Assembly (NCBI RefSeq): GCF_001194135.2
Contig: NC_068982.1
Location: 62,150,938 to 62,200,284, forward strand
Length of the DNA: 49,347 nt
From: Octopus bimaculoides
Lineage: Eukaryota
Reading direction: 5' to 3'
Made by a program: the position numbers and the translations under genes. Under the pieces are notes generated by a model. The model was not told the origin of the DNA and searched no databases. It worked only from the letters and a program-made list of their open reading frames with translations. Positions 39,278 through 49,347 of this stretch are shown here, piece by piece (within the stretch, counting starts at the first letter, position 1; every line of letters begins with the position of its first letter).

Positions 39278-39373
39278 CTGGTAGGATTTTGAACCCAGCC
39301 CTGGATTCTCATTCCTAAGGTATTTTTTTTGCTGATGTTATTATTGTTATTATTATTATAATTATTTAATCAA

Positions 39374-39445
39374 GGCACTGCCTGGAATTGAACTCGCAAT
39401 CTTGGGGTTAGTAGCCTGCGCTCTTAATTATTACGCTATATGCCC
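39374..39445 (-). promoter_or_regulatory. tRNA-like Pol III cassette in the left terminal repeat
   Basis: 72 nt; GGGCATATAGCGTAATAATTAAG...GAGTTCAATTCC...GTGCC; A-box-like, B-box-like and acceptor-stem ends. Confidence 0.65.
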
Positions 39446-39548
39446 GTAGGCAATTATAGAGTGGATTTTAGGGCTTATAAACCTAATATTGTTGTATCCT
39501 TCCTTAGTATCGGTTCCCATATTCTAATCATATCTGCACTACATTAAG

Positions 39549-40870
39549 CTACCACACATGTACGGTCTCCCTAAGATTCACAAGGATGGTATTCCATTAA
39601 GACCCAGAGTGAGCGTTAGAGGTTCGGCATGTCATCCACTGAGCCGCTTCCTTGTGGATATAATCAGTCCATTAGAAGACAAGTCAGCATCATATGTGAA
39701 GAATTCCACCCACTTCACAGAATTGATAAAGGATACCTTCATTGGATCCAACCAGATGGTAAGTCAAGATGTGATAAGTCTATTCACCAAAGTCCCAACT
39801 GATGAAGCGCTATCAGTGATTCAAGAAAAACTAGTGATGGACACATCTAAAGGATCGCTATAGTATACCAATAGGAAACTTGATGGAAATGTTGACCTTC
39901 TGTGTAGAAACTACCTACTTCAGAGTAGATACTGAGATATATCGACGTAGGAGGGCTTAGCAATGGGTTCCACATTATCACCAATAATAGCCAATATATA
40001 CATGGAATACTTTGAGGACTTGGCTTTAGGGTCACCACCACTAAAGCCAGTCCTATGGCTTCGATACGTTGATGACACCTTTATACTCTGGCCCCCACCA
40101 GGAAGATGTCCCAGTATTGCTAGATCATGTGAACTCAATAAAGCTATCCATACAGTTCACAATGGAAAAGGGAAAAGACAATCAGCTAGCATTCCTGGAT
40201 GTATTAATAATACGCACTAAGCATGGATTCAGGACATCCATATATCGTAAGCTGACCTTCACTGGACGACACCTCAACTTCAATTCTCACCATTCATACA
40301 GTGTAAAGAGAGGGATTGCTCAGTGCCTAAAACATCGAGCAAAGAACATAAGTAGCAATCCTGAAACACACCACGAGGAACTGATCAAGCTAAGTAACAG
40401 TCTATTAAGCAACAACTATCCGAAAAACATACAAAAGATACAAAAGGTATGCGGTCCATATGACATCAGGACGGTATTCAAGAGTAATACAACACTTCGC
40501 AAATATCTCCTTCAAGTAAAACCACCAATAGAAGAGAATATGACCAAAGACTGAGTGTACTCCATCCCATGTAGTTGGGGTAAGTTATATAAAGGCGAAA
40601 CGTGCCGCTCACTCAGAATAAGGGTAGAGGAACATCGAAAAGCTGTCACACGAGAAGATGTTGAAAAATCGGATACTGCTGATCATGTATGGAAAAGCGT
40701 AGACCACCTTCCCCTGTGGGATGAAGCTAAAATAATAGACACTGAAAAATAAGAAAACTAAAAGAGGCAGCGCATATGCTAGGACACAATAACCTCCTAA
40801 GCAGACCTAGTGCTGATACGGTTAGAATATGGGAACCAATATTAAGGAAGGGTACAATAATATTAGGTTT
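39549..40870 (+). pseudogene. Penelope RT plus GIY-YIG endonuclease pseudogene
   Basis: YGLPKIHKDGIPLRP, DVISLFTKVP, MGSTLSPIIANIYME, WLRYVDDTF, LAFLDV, VYSIPCS.GKLYKGET.RSLRIRVEEH; frameshifts and a deletion near 40430. Confidence 0.92.
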
Positions 40871-40903
40871 ATAAGCCCTAAAATTCACTTTATAATTGCC
40901 CAC

Positions 40904-40975
40904 GGGCATATTGCGTAATGGTTAAGAGCGCGGGCTACTAAGCCCAAGATTGCGAGTTCAGTTCCAGATAGTGCC
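40904..40975 (+). promoter_or_regulatory. tRNA-like Pol III cassette in the right terminal repeat
   Basis: 72 nt; TTGCGTAATGGTT A-box-like, GAGTTCAGTTCC B-box-like, GGCAT/GTGCC acceptor pairing, GGGC/GCCC anticodon-like stem; T-arm poorly paired, so not a functional tRNA. Confidence 0.65.
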
Positions 40976-41035
40976 TTCAATAAATAATGATAATAATAAT
41001 AACAACATCGGCAACTGAGTTGAAAATCCAACCAG

Positions 41036-41080
41036 GACATCTCATGAAGGCTGGAGAGTAAATCAGCCGAATGTTGTGGT
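41036..41080 (+). ncRNA. Degenerate hammerhead motif in the right terminal repeat
   Basis: GACAT-CTCATGA-A-GGCTG...CAGCC-GAAT-GTT-GTGGT; core mutated but GUU site kept. Confidence 0.55.
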
Positions 41081-41889
41081 AACAACAAACAAGATGAGGA
41101 CACATATTTGTCTAATGTAAATAATGAGAAACTGTTATTTTAGAATGTCCTACTCTCAGAAATAAAGAATAAAAACAAAACTTAAGGACAAGATATGAAT
41201 ATTAGGAAAATATTTCTTCTTAAATAAACTAGGTGCATATCTATTCTGCCCTTTGAAAACGAATTCATTATTCGTGCTGCTACTTATGACAATGATGCAT
41301 TAAAAGAAAACGGCTTCAAAAATAGAATACACGACACACAGAACAACACTTATATTCATAAATGCAAAAGCAGAAAGCGAAATATACGGGGCATACCTAA
41401 ATCCCATTCGAATGTTCATTTCATTGTGGCTTGAATTTTCCTAAAGTCCGCTAAGCATAAATTTTAGCTCACCTTCACGCTACTTCGAATTGAACTCTAA
41501 GGGAAAATGTATATTTATAAACGTTAAAAATATACTACCAAACCTGGAACGAACATTTGGACTACAGGTGTATTATACCACATGTTACCCCGTTTCCTAT
41601 TTTTGTGTTTATTTGTCCCTTACAGAATTATAGTTTACCAGTCACATAGTGGTGCTTTACCATAGATAGTAGGTAACATTTTAAAATTATGAAGATCAAT
41701 ATAGAAAAGTTCTGTGTCTAAAATTACAGTTCAATAATTTTCATCTGCCAATATAATATACACTCTCTATCTTTATGTATTGTGTAGGCATAAGCTTTCA
41801 CCATAAGCTTTGTAGACATAAGCTTTCACCAAACCATGTACACGCATATATATATATATGTATAAACATATATATACATATATATATAT

Positions 41890-41908
41890 TAGAACTAGCT
41901 TTTTAGCT

Positions 41909-41942
<34 letters not shown>

Positions 41943-42650
41943 CTAAAAAGCTAGTTCTAAAATCTCTCTAAGAGATGATCGCAGTAGCTGTACTAGCAAG
42001 AATGTTCGGATCCACTTCAACATGGCTGTTCCTTTCGAGCGGAATTTACTGCGATTTTTTAACCCCAAGAGGACATCTACTCTAGCTGGTTAACGATGTA
42101 AAGCTGCATTCGGTATATTGCGAGTAGAGGAACGAGCCTCTATCACCTTCTAGCGACGGGACCAGCATAACAGTTTGGTTTCGGGCTATTTCTGCCTCTC
42201 TTCAGTACTGGACACGTCGTCTGCTAGAGATGGTAGTAGATCGCTTCTGCTCGCAATATATATATATAAATTCAAGCGACACACAGTTGCTGGTTTTGCA
42301 ATAAGCAAAATAGCTACTTCTAAAATCTCTCTAAGAGATGAACGCAGTAGCTGTACTAGCAAGTAATGTTCGTAGCTACTTCAATTCGTAGCTAATTCCG
42401 TTCGAGCGGAATTTCCTGCGATTTTTTAACCCCAAGGAGGCGTCTTTTTTAACGCTTTAAAGATGCACAGCTGCATGCTGTCATCTTTAGCAGACGAGTA
42501 CTAAAGAGAAGCAGAAATAGCACGAAATGAGACTGGTATGCTGGTCTCGTCGATAGAAGATGGTAGTGGTTCGTTCCCTTGCTCGCAATGTATCGGGCTT
42601 CCGCTCGAATGAAACATCCATGTTGAAGTGGCTGCGATCATTACTTGCTA
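41890..42650. repeat. Mosaic direct/inverted repeat fold-back element embedded in (TA)n
   Basis: Direct repeat 41950-42070 vs 42311-42437; inverted 42118-42230 vs 42490-42590 and 41995-42050 vs 42590-42650. Confidence 0.8.
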
Positions 42651-42904
42651 TATATATANNNNNNNNNNNNNNNNNNNNNNNNNNNNNNNNNNNNNNNNNN
42701 NNNNNNNNNNNNNNNNNNNNNNNNNNNNNNNNNNNNNNNNNNNNNNNNNNNNNNNNNNNNNNNNNNNNNNNNNNNNNNNNNNNNNNNNNNNNNNNNNNNN
42801 NNNNNNNNNNNNNNNNNNNNNNNNNNNNNNNNNNNNNNNNNNNNNNNNNNNNNNNNNNNNNNNNNNNNNNNNNNNNNATATATATATATATATAGCCATT
42901 TCCG

Positions 42905-43530
42905 TTAATTTATGCGTTTCGATTTAGTAGAATTCTACCGTCAATAACTGATTCTATTCTCACATTCTCAAGAAATAAAAATTATCTTTAGAATTCGGCA
43001 GAAGTTTTAATCAAATTAATGTCTCAGGGAATGTCAGAAAATTGTTGCCAATTTACGATAATTCTTTTTAACAGTTTAACCTAAAGGTCTTGAGTTGTTT
43101 GATGTAGAAGTGGGGGTCATATGATGAGGCTGAGATCTGCGTAATGCATTCATATGATTGCACAACCTAAAATTACTTTCGGAGGGATTTCATTCAAAGG
43201 AGTTCAATCCTTGCAATGATGATGGACTTCTCATATTACGAAGTGTGATTGACCACGCGATGAATGCTGTTAAGAAGGAGTTCACTAACATATTCAAAGA
43301 TTTAAACATCGCAATCGATACGAAACTAAGTATACTTAATTTCTCTTGTGTAAATCTACTTTAAGATACTGGCAAGTAGTAATCCTAACGAAAATCAGCC
43401 GTATATTAAATTCCAAGTATACCACATTTCTTCAAAATCATGTTAATATCACAAAACGCTTATTCCACATGTCCTCAAGTTGTGCCTCATCAGATTACAA
43501 TGATCCAGTGAAAGACACTGGCTTCAAACG
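42905..43530 (+). mobile_element. Naiad-type PLE RT/thumb fragment (largely missed by the ORF track)
   Basis: FMRFDLVEFY, LFDVEVG/SYDEAEIC, NDDGLLILR, KKEFTNIFKDL, PNENQPYIK, KRLFHMSS..DYND..KDTGFK; a paralogous thumb piece recurs at 44134-44215. Confidence 0.8.
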
Positions 43531-43555
43531 TGCGTATATATGTTTGTGTGTGTGA

Positions 43556-43878
43556 TATTCTGGCACTCCATCGGTTACGGCAACGAGGGTTGCAGTTGAT
43601 CCGATCAACGAACAGCTTGCTCGTGAAATTAAGGTGTAAGTGTCTGAGCATTCCAACAGACACATGTACCCTTAACGTAATTCTCAGGGAGATTCAGCGT
43701 GACACAGAGTGTGACAAAGCTGGCCACTTCAAATACAGGTACTATTCATTTTTTCCAGCTGAGTGTAATGGAGCAACGAGAAATAAAGTGTCTTGCTCAG
43801 GGACGCAGCATGTAGCTAGAAATGGAGCTCACGACCTTACGATGGTAAGCCGAATACTCTAACTACTGAGCTACACGC
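43556..43878 (-). mobile_element. tRNA-derived SINE family C
   Basis: Minus strand GCGTGTAGCTCAGTAGTTAGAGT (A box), degenerate B box, then CCCTGAGCAAGACACTTT central-domain-like block. Confidence 0.7.
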
Positions 43879-44050
43879 TAAGTAAATGATCCACAAGCAC
43901 TCGAAGAAACTGAGTCCTCAACTTGCTCAATTAGCCAAAAGATTTGCAAGGCACCAGCAAGCCTCAAGAGACACATCCGTGTCCATAGAACATGATTAAC
44001 GCTTTATTTTACTGAACCCTCATTTGTCGCTCACGACAAGAGAATCCATC

Positions 44051-44134
<84 letters not shown>

Positions 44135-44280
44135 CATTAAACGCTTATTCCACATGTTCTGTAACAAGGAATCCTTAAATTGTGCCCCATCTGATTACAA
44201 TGAAAGCCTAAACCTAGACTTAGAAATATACCGTTACACAGCCGGCTATTTGGTAATTCTAAGGATAAACGAACTCTATT

Positions 44281-46815
44281 TTGTACTCTGCTACGTTCCT
44301 AACAGAAAACACCTTAGATGACACTGACGAAAACCAGATAACTGGTCGGTGTAACTTTTTGAATCAGAGTACTAAGTTGGGTCAAATGATGGAAAAACTT
44401 AATCTAGACTTCTCGCTAAAAGACATCTCAATTCCAACCAAAAATGAATATTTAAAACAAATAACAGTCAGTATTAGTTCCTTCATAAGAAGAATGAGAT
44501 GGAAACGCAAGAACAACAGAAAGATGGAAACGCAAGAACAACAGAAAGATACAAATGCACTCAAGAAAGTATTTAAATCTCCGAGAAACCAGCCAACAAA
44601 TCATCACATAACACCATTCGAGGAAAAGCTATACAAAATAATAAGAAATCTCAAATTCAGGAAGTACCTGGCAAACAAAAATGAACACCAGCAGAAAGTG
44701 GATAAAGCATTGAAGGTCTTCAAAGAAGCAAACGGAGTAATTGTGCTAGCGGATAAAACCGAAAATCTCTTCATTGTAGACACCACACTATACAATAGTT
44801 TACTAGAAAAAGTAATGCTCAGTAAATACAAGTATGCACCTAACAACACCTTAGATAATATAAACAAAGAGGATTAGAAATAGGAAAAAATCTAGAGATA
44901 GATGATAGGACTGAACCATATACCCCACAAAAAAACCTTGGATAAACCGAAAGGGCCACAAAAATATCTTCGACAGTGACCCTAAAATGAGATTAATATG
45001 TCTATCTAAATCGGATATTAGACGTATAAGTAAAAACATCATAGAGAGAGTAAGTTTCATTGTGGTCCGAGACTCAGGAGGTTAAAGGATGGCTTATGAG
45101 AGCAGAGAAAACTAAAAAAAAAAAATCCAAATTTATACAATTAGATATAGATAGCTACTATTCCACGATTAATCCTATAGTACTAAATAAAGCTCTTATA
45201 TTCGCAATGAAAAACTCTAGTTTATCTTGGACAGACATAGACATAATTTTAACAGCTCGTCAAACCGTCATTAGTTACGATAACAAACTATGGACGAGAT
45301 CAGATCCTTTGATATAACAATAGGATCGTGTGACTCGGCTCAGGTTACGGATATCTTTGGAATCTACCTTTTATTCCCAGATCAAATCCAAATACCCACT
45401 GATAACGGGAGGTCTGTACAGAGGGACGATGCTCTTTTCCTATTGAAAAACTGTACAAAAATTGAGAAAGATACAGAAAAGAACTCTATAAATTTTTTAG
45501 ACGTTTTGGATTTTCTATTACCATAGACTGAAAATTACCGTAAGGTAAACTTTCTAGATGCGACTTTTAATTTGGAAAGTGGCCTGTATGAACCATACCA
45601 CAAGTCTAATGAGAGCTCAAGATACATAAATGTACATTCCAATCATCCACCATCCACAACCAAGGGAATAATTAAGAACATAGCCACCAGAATACCAAGA
45701 TTATCAGCCACAGAGGAAATATTTAACCAACATGCACCATACTACAATGAAGTGTTAATTAGGGCCAGAACTAAAGGAAAAATCAAGTTTGAAAGTAGCG
45801 AAACCCCAAATAACACAAACACAAATAAGGTAGAATGTACACATAACACGAAAAACATCAACAAACAAATAACAATACAAAAGAGAAAACCCGAGAAACA
45901 AAGGAAACATAGGAGGAAAACATATATAAGCCAAAATAATAGAAATAATTGGAATACAGACGCAAATAATCACAACAACACACAAAAAAAGGATCAAAGA
46001 ACCAAACAAAAGGTACAAAAATTCAGAGGTCATATGGTATAATCTAAATTTTGAACTCCAGCTACCGTCCAAGATAGGTAAGGAATTCATTGTAGCATTA
46101 AACACATAAATACTACTGTCTATTCAACAAGCACACAGTGAAAATACCGTACGCAAAATCTTACTACATGGAGTGCTACATACATAAATACAACAGGAAA
46201 TTAAACGTACAAACAACGTCTGCTGGCAGAGAACAAAACATCACAGGCTTTAAGGCCAATAACAAAAATAAACAAAAAGATAGGCTACAAAAACTCAGAT
46301 AACGTAGAAGACGGTGGCAATAAAATTAAAAAGAATCATCAAAAAAGATTCAATAAAAAAGATTGCCGATTCCACAATGCTTCAGACACTAACAATCGAA
46401 CGGAACATCATGAAACCAGAATCAAAAAGTCACAAGATAAACATAAAAATAATGATAGTACAAATAACTGCACATGCCGTAGAAAATCCGCTTGTCCGCT
46501 CATGAATCAAAAGAACATATACAAATGCACAATCTCCACATCCCAACATAAATATGTATACATAGTTGCCACGGAAAACCAATTCAAAGTCCGTTATCAC
46601 AACCACATCTCGTCATTCCGAAAAATAAACAGACGACACGCAACTTCACTGGCAGACCTCATATGAGGACTGAAAGAATCAAAAATTAAATAAGAAAAGG
46701 AATGTTTATTAATAAAAAATGTACACCAATGTAATTCGTTATCCGGTAAATGTCACCTTTGCCTTGAAGAAGCATTGAGTATACTGCTGAGTAATGAGAA
46801 CCTGGTAGACAAGCA
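44281..46815 (+). mobile_element. Near full-length Naiad-type PLE, decayed (N-terminal region, RT, thumb, linker, Zn-knuckle GIY-YIG)
   Basis: FSLKDISIP, FIRRMRWK, ADKTENL, FIQLDIDSYYSTI, FDITIGSCDSAQV, RDDAL, VNFLDATFNL.SG.YEPY.K.N..RYINVHSNHPP, CTCRRKSACPL, IYKC..YVYI..TENQFKVRYHNH..SFR, CHLCLEE. Confidence 0.88.
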
Positions 46816-46819
46816 TGAA

Positions 46820-47020
46820 GCACAAGGCTCGAAATTTTTGGGGAGGGGACCAGTTGATTAGATCGACCCCATTACGCAGCTAGTACTTATTTTATCGAAC
46901 CCCAAAAGGATGAAAGGAAAAGTCGACCCCGGCAGAATTTGAACTCAGAACGTAAAGACAGACGAAATACTGCCACGTATTTCGCCCGGCGTGCTAACGT
47001 TTCTGCCAGCTCGCCGCCTT
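46820..47020 (-). mobile_element. SINE family A, full length, inserted at the Naiad 3' end
   Basis: Minus strand AAGGCGGCGAGCTGGCAGAAACGTTAGC...GAGTTCAAATTCTGCC. Confidence 0.9.
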
Positions 47021-47099
47021 CCGAATATGCATATTCAATAACTATAATTCAATTTCCCACCCCCATCCTTCCGTCCCACGTATGTATGTGTGTGTATAT

Positions 47100-47239
47100 A
47101 TGTTGGAGTGACCAAGGATATACCTATGAGCATGTATATGTGTAGATAAATGTTTGTGCGTGTATGTATACGTATGAATGTGTTTGCTGATCGGTGTGTG
47201 TGTGTGTGTGTAGGTGTATATGTGTGTATATATATGTAC

Positions 47240-47297
<58 letters not shown>

Positions 47298-47432
47298 GTA
47301 TGTATGTATGCATGCGTGTATGTATGTATGTATGTATGTACGTATGCATGTATATATGTATGTATGTATGTATGGGGGATGTCCAGTGATGTATTTGTGT
47401 GTATATGTGTGTATGTGGGCTTGTATGCATGA

Positions 47433-47470
<38 letters not shown>
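47100..47470. repeat. Compound (TG)n/(TA)n/(TATG)n/(CA)n tract
   Basis: Direct reading. Confidence 0.9.
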
Positions 47471-47474
<4 letters not shown>

Positions 47475-47794
47475 GGGAGAGGCTGTGAGTATATGGGCCA
47501 ACGGGTGTTGAAGGTCGATTAATAAATTGCGTATGTGCAACATAACACGTGGAACAAAATGGACAGCCATTGTATCCAATACTGCTCATGGCGAGCGTGC
47601 AGATGCAAGTTGACAGCGATCGGATTGAAACTGCCAGCGTCTGCTAAATTCAAACGAGGCAGATGATATGTTAGCATCGAAGTCGAAGGTTTTGTAACTG
47701 ACGGGGACAGCAATTGTATATCACCTGAAGAAATACAACTGAATCTCATTAAACAGGCAAACTGTTACATAATTTAAATCCTGTATATATACAA

Positions 47795-48191
47795 GACTTG
47801 GTCGGCCCGAGGTCAAGAAGAAACTTGGTCAAGAAGAAACTTGACCAAGGTGCAACGCAATAGGACTGAACCCGGAGTCATATGGTTGGTAAGAAAGCTA
47901 CTTACCACATAGCCAATCCTGTGTCTTATATATATAGTTTTGTGAGTAGATTTGGTAGACAAAAACTGCGAGAAGCCCGTTTGTTCGTGTTTTTGTGTTT
48001 GTCACCCACCATCGCTTAACAACCGATGTTGGTGTGTTTATGTCCCCGTAAAATAGCGGTTCAGCAAAATAACCCGATAGAAAAAAGTATTAGGCTTACA
48101 AAGAATAAATGCTGGGGTCGATTTGTTCGACTAAAGGCGGTGCTCCAAGCATGGCCGCATTCAAATGACTGAAACAAATAAAAGAATAAAA
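47795..48191. mobile_element. SINE family B with inverted 5' part (head 47795-47927 on minus, body 47939-48191 on plus)
   Basis: The two pieces are adjacent, non-overlapping parts of one SINE when compared with 33002-33400. Confidence 0.85.
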
Positions 48192-48359
48192 TGATATACA
48201 TGATGGACACGATTGTGTCTCTTGAAGCTTGCTTGTGTCTTGCAGATCATTTGGTAAATTGAACAAGCTGAGAACTCAGTTTGCTTTAGTGCTTGTGGAT
48301 CATTTATTATGTTTTTCTAGAAGGGACGGCAAGGCCTGCTTTGATCCGTATACATACTT

Positions 48360-48790
48360 TTATCCTTTTATATATATATATGCATATATATATATTTATA
48401 TGTATATACATACATATGCATGTATATGTTCATGTATATATGTATANNNNNNNNNNNNNNNNNNNNNNNNNNNNNNNNNNNNNNNNNNNNNNNNNNNNNN
48501 NNNNNNNNNNNNNNNNNNNNNNNNNNNNNNNNNNNNNNNNNNNNNNNNNNNNNNNNNNNNNNNNNNNNNNNNNNNNNNNNNNNNNNNNNNNNNNNNNNNN
48601 NNNNNNNNNNNNNNNNNNNNNNNNNNNNNNNNNNNNNNNNNNNNNNNNNNNNNNNNNNNNNNNNNNNNNNNNNNNNNNNNNNNNNNNNNNNNNNNNNNNN
48701 NNNNNNNNNNNNNNNNNNNNNNNNNNNNNNNNNNNNNNNNNNNNNNNNNNNNNNNNNNNNNNNNNNNNNNNNNNNNNNNNNNNNNNNNNN

Positions 48791-48823
<33 letters not shown>

Positions 48824-48984
48824 GTAGGTGAATATATACGTTTATATATATATATGCATATATATATATTTATATGTATATACATACATATGCATGTATA
48901 TGTTCATGTATATATGTATAAGTATACATATATATATTTACGTATATATCTGTATATGTGTGTATGTATCTATATCTGCATCAA

Positions 48985-49054
<70 letters not shown>

Positions 49055-49080
49055 GATCGATCGATCGATCTATCCGTATA
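48360..49080. repeat. (TA)n/(TC)n/(TATC)n microsatellite block around an N gap
   Basis: Direct reading. Confidence 0.9.
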
Positions 49081-49347
49081 CGTACGTAGAGAGTTCAGTC
49101 ATAGTTGAAACTCTCTGTACACATTAACTTATACATACATAAATTCACGCGCATAAACTTACAGAAATAATCGATAAAAAGCGAAGAACAGAGAAGTGAA
49201 AGCGTAGATGCCTGTCTGTCTGACTGTATCTGTCTCGTTATGTGTATATATGCACATGTTTAATAGGTTTTTAATTGTTTGACCACTATAAACAAGAATT
49301 TGTGTAATCATAATAGACTTTTTAAACACATAAATACACACATTCTA

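Larger units (their letters stand above)
39142..41136 (+). mobile_element. Complete Penelope-like insertion (Poseidon-like): TSD, inverted terminal repeat, 5'-truncated RT/GIY-YIG, terminal repeat, TSD
   Basis: Direct repeat ATGAGAAACTGTT at 39142-39154 and 41124-41136; 39190-39540 is the reverse complement of 40805-41123. Confidence 0.85.

Noticed and set aside
40904-40975. Functional tRNA gene (apparent ACT anticodon)
   Set aside because: T-arm unpaired, the two copies differ at stem positions, and it lies in a transposon repeat; treated as tRNA-like only
43470-43500. CTGATGAGGC on the minus strand as a hammerhead core
   Set aside because: No matching stem II or GAAA; the sequence is Naiad thumb coding DNA and the paralogous copy lacks the motif
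46460-46800. Selenocysteine recoding in the Naiad, reported for some Naiads
   Set aside because: Knuckle and terminal cysteines are ordinary TGC/TGT; the TGA near 46665 is at a Trp position and looks like a nonsense mutation
47590-47760. FVTDGDS resembling a Mutator-like transposase motif
   Set aside because: Single short motif next to a stop; no TIRs or further motifs
48367-48920. Identical ~80-bp sequence on both sides of the N gap (similar case around 17580-17696)
   Set aside because: Typical of overlapping contig ends left unmerged; cannot be called a real duplication without long reads

Overview
AT-rich, microsatellite-dense eukaryotic DNA with many N gaps and no host gene I can support. 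The repeat repertoire looks like a coleoid cephalopod (Octopus-like) genome; this is inferred from recalled repeat families, not from a search. Nearly all ORF-track entries are microsatellite or N artefacts, or pieces of decayed transposons. Contents: (1) four relics of R4/Dong-type RLE non-LTR retrotransposons, two with no recognisable hit in the ORF track; (2) Penelope-like elements (PLEs) of three types (Poseidon-like, Neptune-like, Naiad-like); (3) a mariner relic, a DD37D (maT) relic and a Tigger/pogo-like MITE; (4) at least three tRNA-derived SINE families; (5) several long hairpins and fold-backs. The most notable object is a complete PLE insertion (39142-41136) with a 13-bp target-site duplication. 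Both of its inverted terminal repeats carry a tRNA-like Pol III cassette directly upstream of a minimal hammerhead ribozyme motif. Further hammerhead-like motifs lie at about 14.5, 28.8 and 29.0 kb, and partial cores sit in a 570-bp palindrome at 33.4-34.0 kb. Boundaries and identities were judged by eye.
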